A DNA stretch of 64,000 nt from a virus. Position 1 is the first letter of the stretch. Each line of letters opens with the position of its first letter. The stretch spans positions 17,949-81,948 of the IMG/VR virus record IMGVR_UViG_3300032286_001864; one strand, written 5' to 3'. Both the position numbers and the translations under genes were made by a program. Under the pieces are notes generated by a model. The model did not search any database. It was not told the origin of the DNA and saw nothing but the letters and a program-made list of their open reading frames with translations. Positions 1 to 8,199 of the stretch are shown one piece after another.

Positions 1-577
1 GCGGCCACTGCGAGTTGGAGATCACGATGCGGTACAGCCCCGCAGGCATGATTGCCGCAAACGGCGAAGTGAACTCCGCAGATGGGTCACTGACTCCTGT
101 CCCTCCTGACTCCGTGACGACAGCAGAGCTTTTGGCGCAGTCGTCCTCGCAGTAGCCCGTGACCCAGTAGTCACAGGCGACGTAGCCCAGGTCAAGCGAT
201 AGCAGCACGGCCGACTCCAGGTCCCGAGGCGTCAGGACGGAGGAGTTACCGAAACCATCGATCCCGATCGGAACGGGCCCGGCTTCGTTGTTCAGGGTGA
301 TTGAAATATATTGGTCGGTGTAGCGATTAAGCAGGACCCGACGCAAACCGATCCTCGATGGCTGGAGCGCCCGGAAGAAAAAGAAAAGAGTCTGAGAGCC
401 GCTTTCTGCCCCGACGACACCCTCGAGATCGAACCCGGCGCTGTAGATCTGACCGAGGTCCCTCGGCTCGTGGACTGAGGTATATCGAACGTAACGCGGC
501 CGATTGAAGCTGGGCGAAGCGATGTCACTGCCGCCGTAAGACTGCGTTACGGCGAGCTGGAATACGGAATCATCCAC
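1..577 (-). CDS. Hypothetical protein, partial (runs off window start)
   Basis: GTG at 577 preceded by GGAGG; open frame MDDSVFQLAVTQSYGG... to position 1; not in the ORF track because it has no stop in the window. Confidence 0.75.
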   Translation of the reverse strand, partial: MDDSVFQLAVTQSYGGSDIASPSFNRPRYVRYTSVHEPRDLGQIYSAGFDLEGVVGAESGSQTLFFFFRALQPSRIGLRRVLLNRYTDQYISITLNNEAGPVPIGIDGFGNSSVLTPRDLESAVLLSLDLGYVACDYWVTGYCEDDCAKSSAVVTESGGTGVSDPSAEFTSPFAAIMPAGLYRIVISNSQWP

Positions 578-680
578 TGGACCTCCTCAGCGTGTTGACA
601 TGCCCCCGCCGGCCGCGGAAGGGAGCCGGGATACTGTTTTCCGGCGCGACCCTTGGATCCTAGGAAGCCGCCGGATGGGC

Positions 681-1274
681 TCATTTGTCTGTGGACTGGA
701 TCAAGGCACGGCCATGTGAGCTGCCAAGACGCAGCGTATGTCGCATGGAGCGATGGACCAGGGGCCTCAAGCAGGACGCAAGGTCGTGCATCTGTTGCGG
801 GCCAAAGCGGATGATGGGCCTCGTGCCAGGCAAGAGGGACGAGGCGACACCCAGTTGCTGGATCGCATGATTGACGAGTGCGGCTTCGTCTGATGAGTCA
901 AGCCAAATCTCGCCGCTGCGGCAGATCCAGCGGCCACGATCAAGCCAAAGGCACGCAATGCCCTGGGCTCCGGCGACCTGGAGGGCCTCTTCATTGATGC
1001 CGCCTTCGAGGATCTCGACGGCTCTTTCCAGGTACGGTGATTGGATCCGTACGCGGCGGAGGTCGTAGTACCCCCTGCCGGAGATGTCGTCTTCCTCGAC
1101 ACGGATTGGTTGACGAATCGAGCGCCTCAGCGCGCGGACTTGGTGCTCAAGGTATGTGGCCTCGGTTTCCAGGCGGCGCATTTCCAACCATGGTCGCTGG
1201 CGAACCCCTTTGCGGCACAGTTGTCCGATCCCGAGCGAGTAGGCGACGGCCAGGCTGACGAAGCTTGCCGTCAT
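681..1274 (-). CDS. Degenerate LAGLIDADG_2-type endonuclease-fold protein
   Basis: SLAVAYSLGIG (motif 1, Asp lost), GIACLWLDRG (motif 2), C-terminal LRPLVHRSMRHTL resembling IKPYIHPSMxYKL. Confidence 0.6.
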   Translation of the reverse strand: MTASFVSLAVAYSLGIGQLCRKGVRQRPWLEMRRLETEATYLEHQVRALRRSIRQPIRVEEDDISGRGYYDLRRVRIQSPYLERAVEILEGGINEEALQVAGAQGIACLWLDRGRWICRSGEIWLDSSDEAALVNHAIQQLGVASSLLPGTRPIIRFGPQQMHDLASCLRPLVHRSMRHTLRLGSSHGRALIQSTDK

Positions 1275-1903
1275 TGCCAGTCCGGAGCGAATAGGTGTGC
1301 CCTACTGGAAGGAGCATGCGGCCTAAGCGCCTCCCGCAGACGCGTAGCTTGCTCAGGCCCGAAGAGAAGGCGAGGTGAGCCCGTGCTCCTTCCTGCCTTG
1401 AGCCGGGGGTACATCGCGGTCGAGGCCGCACCGGTGAGGGATTCAAGCCAGCTGCTGACGATCCGCGCTTCTCCTTCGGTTTGACCGACCCGGCGCAGAA
1501 GGATCCCCTGGTCCATGAAGGGCCTTGCGCCCTCAGCCCAAAGCCAGGCTGCTGCCCTTGCATCGAGGATTTCAAGCGCTGGCGATGTGATCTCACGCTC
1601 GCCGCAGGGGTAGAGGAGGTTGTAGATCAGGAGCAGCTTGTCCGACGTGAAACGGAAGCGGAGCACGGTTGTCGAGCGACCCGATTCGCGCTGCTGGGTT
1701 CGATAGGGAGTAATGCGCGCCGTCGTCGGCACCCAGCGGCGAATCTCTTCGGCCTTCTCCTCCAGGAAGCTGCGCTCGCTCTCGCCGCCGTGCATTGCCG
1801 CGGTGATGCGTTCTTTCGTTGGCGTGCGACTGCGGACTAGGCAGCCGTCTGCCAGCAGCACGCCAAGCACTCCCCGTACGCCCTGTGTGTTCAATTTCGC
1901 CAC
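1271..1903 (-). CDS. LAGLIDADG_2-type homing-endonuclease-like protein
   Basis: GVLGVLLADG motif 1, IYNLLYPCGEREIT, AAAWLWAEG motif 2; likely GTG start at 1903; overlaps the next gene by ATGA. Confidence 0.7.
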   Translation of the reverse strand: MAKLNTQGVRGVLGVLLADGCLVRSRTPTKERITAAMHGGESERSFLEEKAEEIRRWVPTTARITPYRTQQRESGRSTTVLRFRFTSDKLLLIYNLLYPCGEREITSPALEILDARAAAWLWAEGARPFMDQGILLRRVGQTEGEARIVSSWLESLTGAASTAMYPRLKAGRSTGSPRLLFGPEQATRLREALRPHAPSSRAHLFAPDWQ

Positions 1904-1977
1904 ATCGCTGCCGCTAGCGTAAGGCCTGGCACGCAACCCGCGCGCTTTATCCCTCATCGCTCGGAGCATTTCTTCCC

Positions 1978-3120
1978 ATGTGGGTCGATAATGATTTCCC
2001 GAAGGTGCTGGGTGCCGAGCTCTACCGGCCCCATCCCGCCTACGTGATCGAAATGGCCGTGGACCCCGTTGTGGTCCATGACTTCGGTGCGCAGCCCGGG
2101 CAAACGGTGCAGCTGGATCGGTACCGCTATTGGGGGAATCCTGGCACCAAGGATTCCCGCGAGCGCACCGCTGATCAGACCATCGGCACAAGCTCCTCTC
2201 GGAACATCGTCAAGGAAAAGGTCCCTGTGACCCTTAAGGAGTACACGGGTCCTGCCGACCCGCAGAACTCCAGTCAGGCGAGCACCTTCAAGGTCGCTCG
2301 GGAAACCCTGATCACTGCTCAGCGCCTGCTGATTGACACAGCGTCCCTGCCGGTCTTCCACCAGAGCATCGGTTCGATGACCCTGCTGGACGACTATCGC
2401 CGCTGGCGCGATCGCGTCTTCGCGGACGAGCTGTTCAAGGCCGAGGCCAACGGGAAGTCCGACTCCGTCCAGGGCGGCTACTACTTCCCCAAGAGCAAGA
2501 CCAAGACGGGTGTCACCGTCGCGGCGTACGACGCGAACCAGTCTGCCAAGTTCGGCGTGAAGGATGACCTCCTCGAGGTCGTTCTGCAGCTGCGCAAGCG
2601 CAACGTGCCGACCTTCGCTGATGGGAACTATCGAGCCATCCTCGATCCCACCGCGATGAAGCACATGCGGCAGGACTCCGACTTCCGCGAAGTGGCCCGC
2701 TATCCCGGCTCCGGGATGGTTGACCCCAGCCAGCCGTACCTCGCTCCTAACGCCAGCTTCTACACGGGCATGGGCCCTGGCTACGGCCAGGCCGGCTTCG
2801 TGGCAGGGCAACCTGTCATGCCGACCGGCTTCGTGTTTGAGGGCGTTCGCTTCTTCGAGTCGACCAACCTGCCCGAGAAGTCGTTTACCGCAACCATTCC
2901 GGTGACCGGTAACAGCTCCTCCGCTACCTATGAAGCAGCCCCCCTGCTGTTCTTCGGGATGCAGGCAATCGGTGTCGGCATCGGTGGCGAGAACGCTCAG
3001 ATCCTGCTGAACAACAACGACGACTTCAGTCGTTTCATCATCATGATCTGGTCGCTGTACGCCGGTTTCGAGATCCTGAACAGGGATTTCGTGACGGTTG
3101 CATACTCTTTCGTCTACTGA
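1978..3120 (+). CDS. Major capsid protein (N4-gp56-like)
   Basis: 380 aa; strongly biased codons; PGQTVQLDRY, VTLKEYTG, GVRFFES and C-terminal DDFSRFIIMIWSLYAGF typical of HK97-fold capsids; heads the virion module. Confidence 0.8.
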   Translation: MWVDNDFPKVLGAELYRPHPAYVIEMAVDPVVVHDFGAQPGQTVQLDRYRYWGNPGTKDSRERTADQTIGTSSSRNIVKEKVPVTLKEYTGPADPQNSSQASTFKVARETLITAQRLLIDTASLPVFHQSIGSMTLLDDYRRWRDRVFADELFKAEANGKSDSVQGGYYFPKSKTKTGVTVAAYDANQSAKFGVKDDLLEVVLQLRKRNVPTFADGNYRAILDPTAMKHMRQDSDFREVARYPGSGMVDPSQPYLAPNASFYTGMGPGYGQAGFVAGQPVMPTGFVFEGVRFFESTNLPEKSFTATIPVTGNSSSATYEAAPLLFFGMQAIGVGIGGENAQILLNNNDDFSRFIIMIWSLYAGFEILNRDFVTVAYSFVY

Positions 3121-3135
3121 TCGGAGGAAACGACC

Positions 3136-3822
3136 ATGAGCATCGCCAAGTCCATCTACCCCGGCAACTGGGTTGCACCGCTGAGTTCCTACCAGAACCA
3201 GCCGGTGATCGCCCTCCCTGGCCGGGTGTACTACCACCGAGTGGGTTACGTCAAAGTCACCTCCGTCGGTGCCACGTCGTTCGACGTGATCATCCCCAGC
3301 CCCGACAAGCGCCCCGACGACAAGCCGCGGGCCGACATCACCGGGCTGGTCATTCCCCAGAACGCCTACCTGTATCACGTCGGACTGCGCATTCTCGATG
3401 CGCGGAAAGATCGCAGCAAGGGCACGGCCCGCTCCGGATTGACCTGGAGCAACGGCGCCGATCGGATCAAGCTGGCCAGTGCCGTGACCGTGGGTACAAC
3501 CGCGGGTGCCATCACGGCGACCACTGCCAGCACGCCGCCGCTGGATGACGCCTCGCTGACCATCGCTCCTTCTGGAGCGGCTGGCTCGGTGTTCCAGGTC
3601 ATCACGCCGGTGCTGATCACGCAGTCCGGGGGCTTGACCCTCAAGCTGTACCTCGACAACGGCAGCACAGGTTCACTCGCTGCCGGCGCGGGCACCCTCT
3701 CCTCTACCGAGATTGACGGGAGCTTCTTGATTGCCGAAGCCGCCTTCTACACCGAAGACGGCGTTAGCGATGAGTCGGTCTTCGGCGGTCTGCCGAATCC
3801 AACGCAGTCCTCCGGGGCCTGA
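3136..3822 (+). CDS. Probable capsid decoration/structural protein
   Basis: GGAGG RBS, directly after the capsid gene; T/A/S/G-rich, beta-type composition. Confidence 0.55.
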   Translation: MSIAKSIYPGNWVAPLSSYQNQPVIALPGRVYYHRVGYVKVTSVGATSFDVIIPSPDKRPDDKPRADITGLVIPQNAYLYHVGLRILDARKDRSKGTARSGLTWSNGADRIKLASAVTVGTTAGAITATTASTPPLDDASLTIAPSGAAGSVFQVITPVLITQSGGLTLKLYLDNGSTGSLAAGAGTLSSTEIDGSFLIAEAAFYTEDGVSDESVFGGLPNPTQSSGA

Positions 3823-3826
3823 AGTT

Positions 3827-3868
3827 GAGTACGGAGCAGGTAGGCCACACGGCTTTCCTGCTCCGCTC
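3827..3868 (+). terminator. Stem-loop after the capsid genes
   Basis: CGGAGCAGG...CCTGCTCCG inverted repeat; no clear U-tract. Confidence 0.5.
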
Positions 3869-3916
3869 ACTTAGGATCTGAAACTGCAGGACCGCGGCCT
3901 TGACCAAGGGAAGAGC

Positions 3917-4348
3917 ATGAGCCTTTACCAGAACCAGAAGACCGGGCAAATCGTGGAGCTGATTAGCTACCACGACAAGGATTACGCCATGGTCAAGACG
4001 CAGACAGGCGCCATCAACTACGTTGACCTGGCCGACCTGCACGAATACGAACCCGGTAAGGGGCGCACCGGCGAGCAGCCTGCCTCTCCGATGAAGAAGG
4101 ATGATGCGGATCCGGAGGTTGTACCCAAGCAGGCGATTCCGCCCGACGTGCGGCTGAACCTGAACCTGGCCAGCGCCGAGATGATCGCCGACCGCATCAA
4201 AGGCGTCGGCTATTCCACGGCCAAGCGCGTCATCGAAGTTCGCATGAGCCTGCCCGGTGAACGCTTTGCGACCCTCGAGCAGCTCAAGCAGATCAAGCGC
4301 GTCGACTGGGACGAAGTTTTCAAGGCTGACCTCGTCTACGTCGCCTGA
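3917..4348 (+). CDS. Helix-hairpin-helix (ComEA-like) DNA-binding protein
   Basis: LNLNLASAEMIADRIKGVGYSTAKRVIE...FATLEQLKQIKRV. Confidence 0.75.
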   Translation: MSLYQNQKTGQIVELISYHDKDYAMVKTQTGAINYVDLADLHEYEPGKGRTGEQPASPMKKDDADPEVVPKQAIPPDVRLNLNLASAEMIADRIKGVGYSTAKRVIEVRMSLPGERFATLEQLKQIKRVDWDEVFKADLVYVA

Positions 4349-4386
4349 GTGGTTGCCTAGAATCTGCTGAGGCAAGCCCCGGCAGC

Positions 4387-4872
4387 GTGGAGCTCAACCA
4401 GTACGACAAATCACGTTGCCGTTTTCACCTCGGCTTCAACAGCGGCGCGCAGGTTCCAGCGGGCGATCTCGCTCGACTGGAGGAAGCGATGGCGCGCATC
4501 CCTGACTCCTACTTCTACGATCGCGTGGCCGAGCACCTTGGCCGGTGCGATCGGGCATACAGGCTCTCGGAAGTGCTGCGCAATGACACTCAGCCGATGC
4601 CAAGTCGGGTTGAGTGGATCGTTGGGGACACGGACCGCGGGATCTATCAGTCGGACCCCGAGAAATCGGATCGTCTGTACCGAGAAATCTACCTGCGAGA
4701 AGTCGATAGGCTTGCTGAGACCCTGTACGTCCCCAACTACCGGCGGGAGGACGTCCGCCGCTACGCCTTCACGCGCAGCGGTGCCGAGTTCATCAATGCG
4801 ATCCCGGGCCCAGCTGATACGTCAGTGGGCACACGCGTGATGACTCTGACCGGCGCCATCAACTGGAGATAG
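4387..4872 (+). CDS. Conserved phage protein, possible head-completion protein
   Basis: GTG start after a TAGAAT box; position in the virion module. Confidence 0.55.
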   Translation: MELNQYDKSRCRFHLGFNSGAQVPAGDLARLEEAMARIPDSYFYDRVAEHLGRCDRAYRLSEVLRNDTQPMPSRVEWIVGDTDRGIYQSDPEKSDRLYREIYLREVDRLAETLYVPNYRREDVRRYAFTRSGAEFINAIPGPADTSVGTRVMTLTGAINWR

Positions 4873-4876
4873 GACC

Positions 4877-6163
4877 ATGCCGCAGAACTACTCGGACGCT
4901 CAAGGCACCGTCTATGACTGGCGGACCGGGCGCCCTATCAGTGGCAAGGGCGGGGTTGGCAGCATCCCCCCGTCCAGGGTCCCTCCCTCGGGGCGCGCTA
5001 CGAGCAGCCGCGCACCTCTCGGCGGCACTGCACCCCGCAGTAGCGCTCCCTCGCCTCGGACGCAATCCGGGCGAATCAACCAAGCCTGGGGCACCGTCCC
5101 CGATAGCGCAAACGAACAAGGATTTGGCTACCGCAGGGGGTCCACTGCGAGCTACTCGGATGCTCAGGGGCGCGAATACAACGCCGCCACGGGTCGGCCT
5201 ATGTCTGGCATCAGTGGAGTAGGCGCTATCCCTCCCTCCCTCCAGACACCCCCCGCCCCCGTTCGTTCGACACCCCCTGCTACCCCTCCCCGCCAGGTGT
5301 CTCCCGCTGCTGCCCCTGTCCGCTCGGCTCCGATGCCGGGCCTTGGGACGCCGCGGGTGGAGATCCGCGCCGGTGGTCGGCGGGCGGCGGCCCTGAACAA
5401 CCAGGCCCAGCAAGCGGGTTCGCCGGCTCGGTACGCCTCGGTCGGCGATGACGTCCGCCTGGCTCAGAGCGCACGCAGCGGCATGATCAGGAGTGCCCGC
5501 GAAGCGGGCAATGAAGTGCCGGCGAACTTGACTCCCGCCAGTGAGTCGTACTGGAACGACGCCGACATCCGAGCCTGGGCCCAAAAGAACAAAGGCCTCG
5601 CCAATCAACTGCGCAAGGAGAACGGTTTGCCCGATCTGGACGCCAACGGGCAGGCTCCCTGGGCTGCTCCGAATGTGACCTGGAGCGGCGACATCGATCG
5701 CAACCCCAGCCTGGCCTACGGCATGCAGAGCAACCTGGCTCCAGGGGCCGCTCAGGCCGGTGCTGCGATGAATGTTCCAGCTCAGACATGGAACGGCCCT
5801 GACCAAAGTGCGCTCGGCTTCAATCCGGACGTCAATCTGTCTGCACCGGAACGGTTCCGCGCCCCGGCTAACACCTGGAACATGCAATCGAAATTCAACC
5901 CCGGACTGGACCTTGGCACCGGCTATGGGCAGCCCGGGAACTTCCAGGGCAGCTCGTCGGTGCCCGTGGCGTCGGCCTACTCCAGCGGCATGGACTTGAT
6001 GGGACGGGGCACCCCGACACCCCCGTCCGGGGTCGCGGCGACCAGTTACGGGGTGCCAGGTGCGCAAGACTTCAGCCAGGGGGCTCTTGCGCAGGTTCGC
6101 AAGATGAAGGGCAGTTACGGGGGCGCTGGCCGGTTGAACTTCAACCCGCAGTCCTTCCGCTGA
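4877..6163 (+). CDS. Low-complexity probable internal virion protein with duplicated N-terminal repeat
   Basis: YSDAQGxxYxxxTGRPxSGxxGVGxIPPS occurs twice; G/A/P/S/N-rich. Confidence 0.6.
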   Translation: MPQNYSDAQGTVYDWRTGRPISGKGGVGSIPPSRVPPSGRATSSRAPLGGTAPRSSAPSPRTQSGRINQAWGTVPDSANEQGFGYRRGSTASYSDAQGREYNAATGRPMSGISGVGAIPPSLQTPPAPVRSTPPATPPRQVSPAAAPVRSAPMPGLGTPRVEIRAGGRRAAALNNQAQQAGSPARYASVGDDVRLAQSARSGMIRSAREAGNEVPANLTPASESYWNDADIRAWAQKNKGLANQLRKENGLPDLDANGQAPWAAPNVTWSGDIDRNPSLAYGMQSNLAPGAAQAGAAMNVPAQTWNGPDQSALGFNPDVNLSAPERFRAPANTWNMQSKFNPGLDLGTGYGQPGNFQGSSSVPVASAYSSGMDLMGRGTPTPPSGVAATSYGVPGAQDFSQGALAQVRKMKGSYGGAGRLNFNPQSFR

Positions 6164-6212
6164 TCGCCTTGGTTGACTCTCGATAAGATGAGGCAATCAA
6201 CGGCCTCTTCCT

Positions 6213-6734
6213 GTGAGTAGCACGAGTACGAACAAGCAACCCCTGCTGGTTGATCGCCCTCTTCACCGGTGGGCGACGCTTGGCCCGACTGCGGCGCTGA
6301 CGAGCAACGCGAACTACTCGACGATCGTCGGCGGCGGCTGCGTTGAGCTGGTGAGCTGCATCGACAACGATGGGGCCGTCATCGACAGCCTCTCGGTCGT
6401 GGCGATGCAGGCCGGGACGACTGCTGTGGTTGTTCTGTTCTTCTTGAGCACCTCCTCGACGACCTTTGGGATCACGGACGCCAATACGTCCCTGGTCGCC
6501 TCGGTGACGGTCGGCTCTACGACAGCTGGTGAGCGGACCAATGTCGCCCTGCCTCCGCTGACGGTTCCGGTCCCAAGCCTGGGAGGGCAGGCGTCGCCGA
6601 CGGAGACCTCCAAGAAGAACACTGGTCTCTACATCGAGAAGAGCCAGGTGCTCTACGTGGGGCTGAACACCGCGATCCTGGCCCCCAGCCCGGCCACGAA
6701 GATCACGGTCTTTGCCCAGGGCGGCAACTTCTAA
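6213..6734 (+). CDS. Probable structural protein
   Basis: 173 aa, T/V/S-rich; coupled to the next gene by TAATG. Confidence 0.6.
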   Translation: MSSTSTNKQPLLVDRPLHRWATLGPTAALTSNANYSTIVGGGCVELVSCIDNDGAVIDSLSVVAMQAGTTAVVVLFFLSTSSTTFGITDANTSLVASVTVGSTTAGERTNVALPPLTVPVPSLGGQASPTETSKKNTGLYIEKSQVLYVGLNTAILAPSPATKITVFAQGGNF

Positions 6735-8164
6735 TGCCCGGCGGGTATGGCCGCAGGGTCGACGGCAGCAGTCCCGGCGGGTCTGTCGGGCGCGTTGATC
6801 GCCCCATGAAGCCGCGCTCGCCGGGCTCAAGCCGCACGGCAGACCGGGCGCCGCAAGGGACGGGTGGAACGATCTATCCGACCGTGATCGAGGCTTACAA
6901 CCGCGACAGCGATTACAAACGCTGGCGGGCCGGGGCGGACTACTGGCAGGGGAGCGGCCAGGGCTGGAGCGACATCGAGCAGTTCTACCTGGTGCGTCTG
7001 TTCAGGGACCTTGGCACCGACCCGGGGCCGCAGCTGGTGAGTGCCACGTACTTCCCCAGTGACAGCTCTCCAGACTCTTCGTGGGTCGTCACCTGCCGCC
7101 GCCGAGGAGCGGTGATCTTGCCGCAGCTGTTGCGCCAGGAGGACATCGTGCTGGATACGAGTCATCCGAACCCTGAGCGGCATCGGCTCATCCTTGATGT
7201 GAGTCAGACGCTGAGCAGTGAGCAGCTCGATACCTGGCCCCTGCTGATCGGTGATCAGTTCGAAGACTCGGCGACCGGAACGGGCTTCCCCTCTGGCCTG
7301 ATCAAAGAGCCGATCGACACGATCGCTTACACGCTGGCAGAGGTCGACAAGGGCGGCGGCAAGCTGCTGTTCGACCTCTCGCGGCCCTTCATGAGGAGCC
7401 GGCCTAACAGCGAGATCCCTCGTGCGTTCTGGGGCCGCGTTCAGTACGACAGGAAGTTCCCGATGTCATGGCGGAACAACGGCACTCGCTACCTCTGCAG
7501 CAGCCATCGGTTCTATTGCAGTTGCCCCGACTTCAGTGGATACAGCACGGCAAGCCTCCAGGGGGAACAGAGCGCAAGCCAGGCGCTGTTCCCACGTCCT
7601 TCTGCCGGGCGAAGGACAGGCAGCACCTGGGAGCGCGGCAGCGTTGGGTACCTGCGCAGATGGCGGGACCTGTCGTTTCGTGTCGACCAGCGGCGGGAGT
7701 GCAAGCACATTCACGCGACGCGTTGGTCGGTCGCCTATCCCTTCTACGAGCCCAGCGATTACGAGGTCGGCAACAGTGAGCGCCATTTCACCGGCGGAGC
7801 GATCGGCCCTCTGCACACGGGCAAGGTGATGCGGTATCACCAGCAGCGAGGGCTGACGTTGGATCGCCTGGCTCCAGCGCTGGCCGACGCTATCGGGGTC
7901 CTTCTCGATGCTGGAGAGACGGTCTCGCTGGACGAGGAGGCACCCGCCCAGCCCGGCAGAAGGCCCGTACTTTGGACAACGGAGCGCGAGCCCGCCGCGT
8001 TTAGGGCCGTGTCCGATGACTGGTGGCTGCAGATCGGAACGGCAACACTGCGGGTGTTCGATCCGGCGATGCAGAGGTTCGTCGAAACGAAGGTTGTCGA
8101 CGGACAGAGGGTTCCTGTTGTTCAGCTGGCGGGAGCCACCGATCTGGTTACGGCAGGGGGCTAA
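6734..8164 (+). CDS. SWIM zinc-finger domain protein
   Basis: YCSCPDF...(long insert)...ECKHIHA fits the CxC-xn-CxH SWIM signature. Confidence 0.65.
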   Translation: MPGGYGRRVDGSSPGGSVGRVDRPMKPRSPGSSRTADRAPQGTGGTIYPTVIEAYNRDSDYKRWRAGADYWQGSGQGWSDIEQFYLVRLFRDLGTDPGPQLVSATYFPSDSSPDSSWVVTCRRRGAVILPQLLRQEDIVLDTSHPNPERHRLILDVSQTLSSEQLDTWPLLIGDQFEDSATGTGFPSGLIKEPIDTIAYTLAEVDKGGGKLLFDLSRPFMRSRPNSEIPRAFWGRVQYDRKFPMSWRNNGTRYLCSSHRFYCSCPDFSGYSTASLQGEQSASQALFPRPSAGRRTGSTWERGSVGYLRRWRDLSFRVDQRRECKHIHATRWSVAYPFYEPSDYEVGNSERHFTGGAIGPLHTGKVMRYHQQRGLTLDRLAPALADAIGVLLDAGETVSLDEEAPAQPGRRPVLWTTEREPAAFRAVSDDWWLQIGTATLRVFDPAMQRFVETKVVDGQRVPVVQLAGATDLVTAGG

Positions 8165-8199
8165 TTGCCTGCCAGAATGAGCGGATTGAAAGCTTTGGC

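Noticed and set aside
681-1903. Group I intron or intein hosting the LAGLIDADG ORFs
   Set aside because: No interrupted host gene, no intein Cys/His-Asn termini, and the neighbouring genes are intact.
1954-3378. Long antisense ORFs (also 4859-6196, 21579-22340, 56387-57376 and many others)
   Set aside because: Shadows of strongly codon-biased GC-rich genes on the opposite strand.
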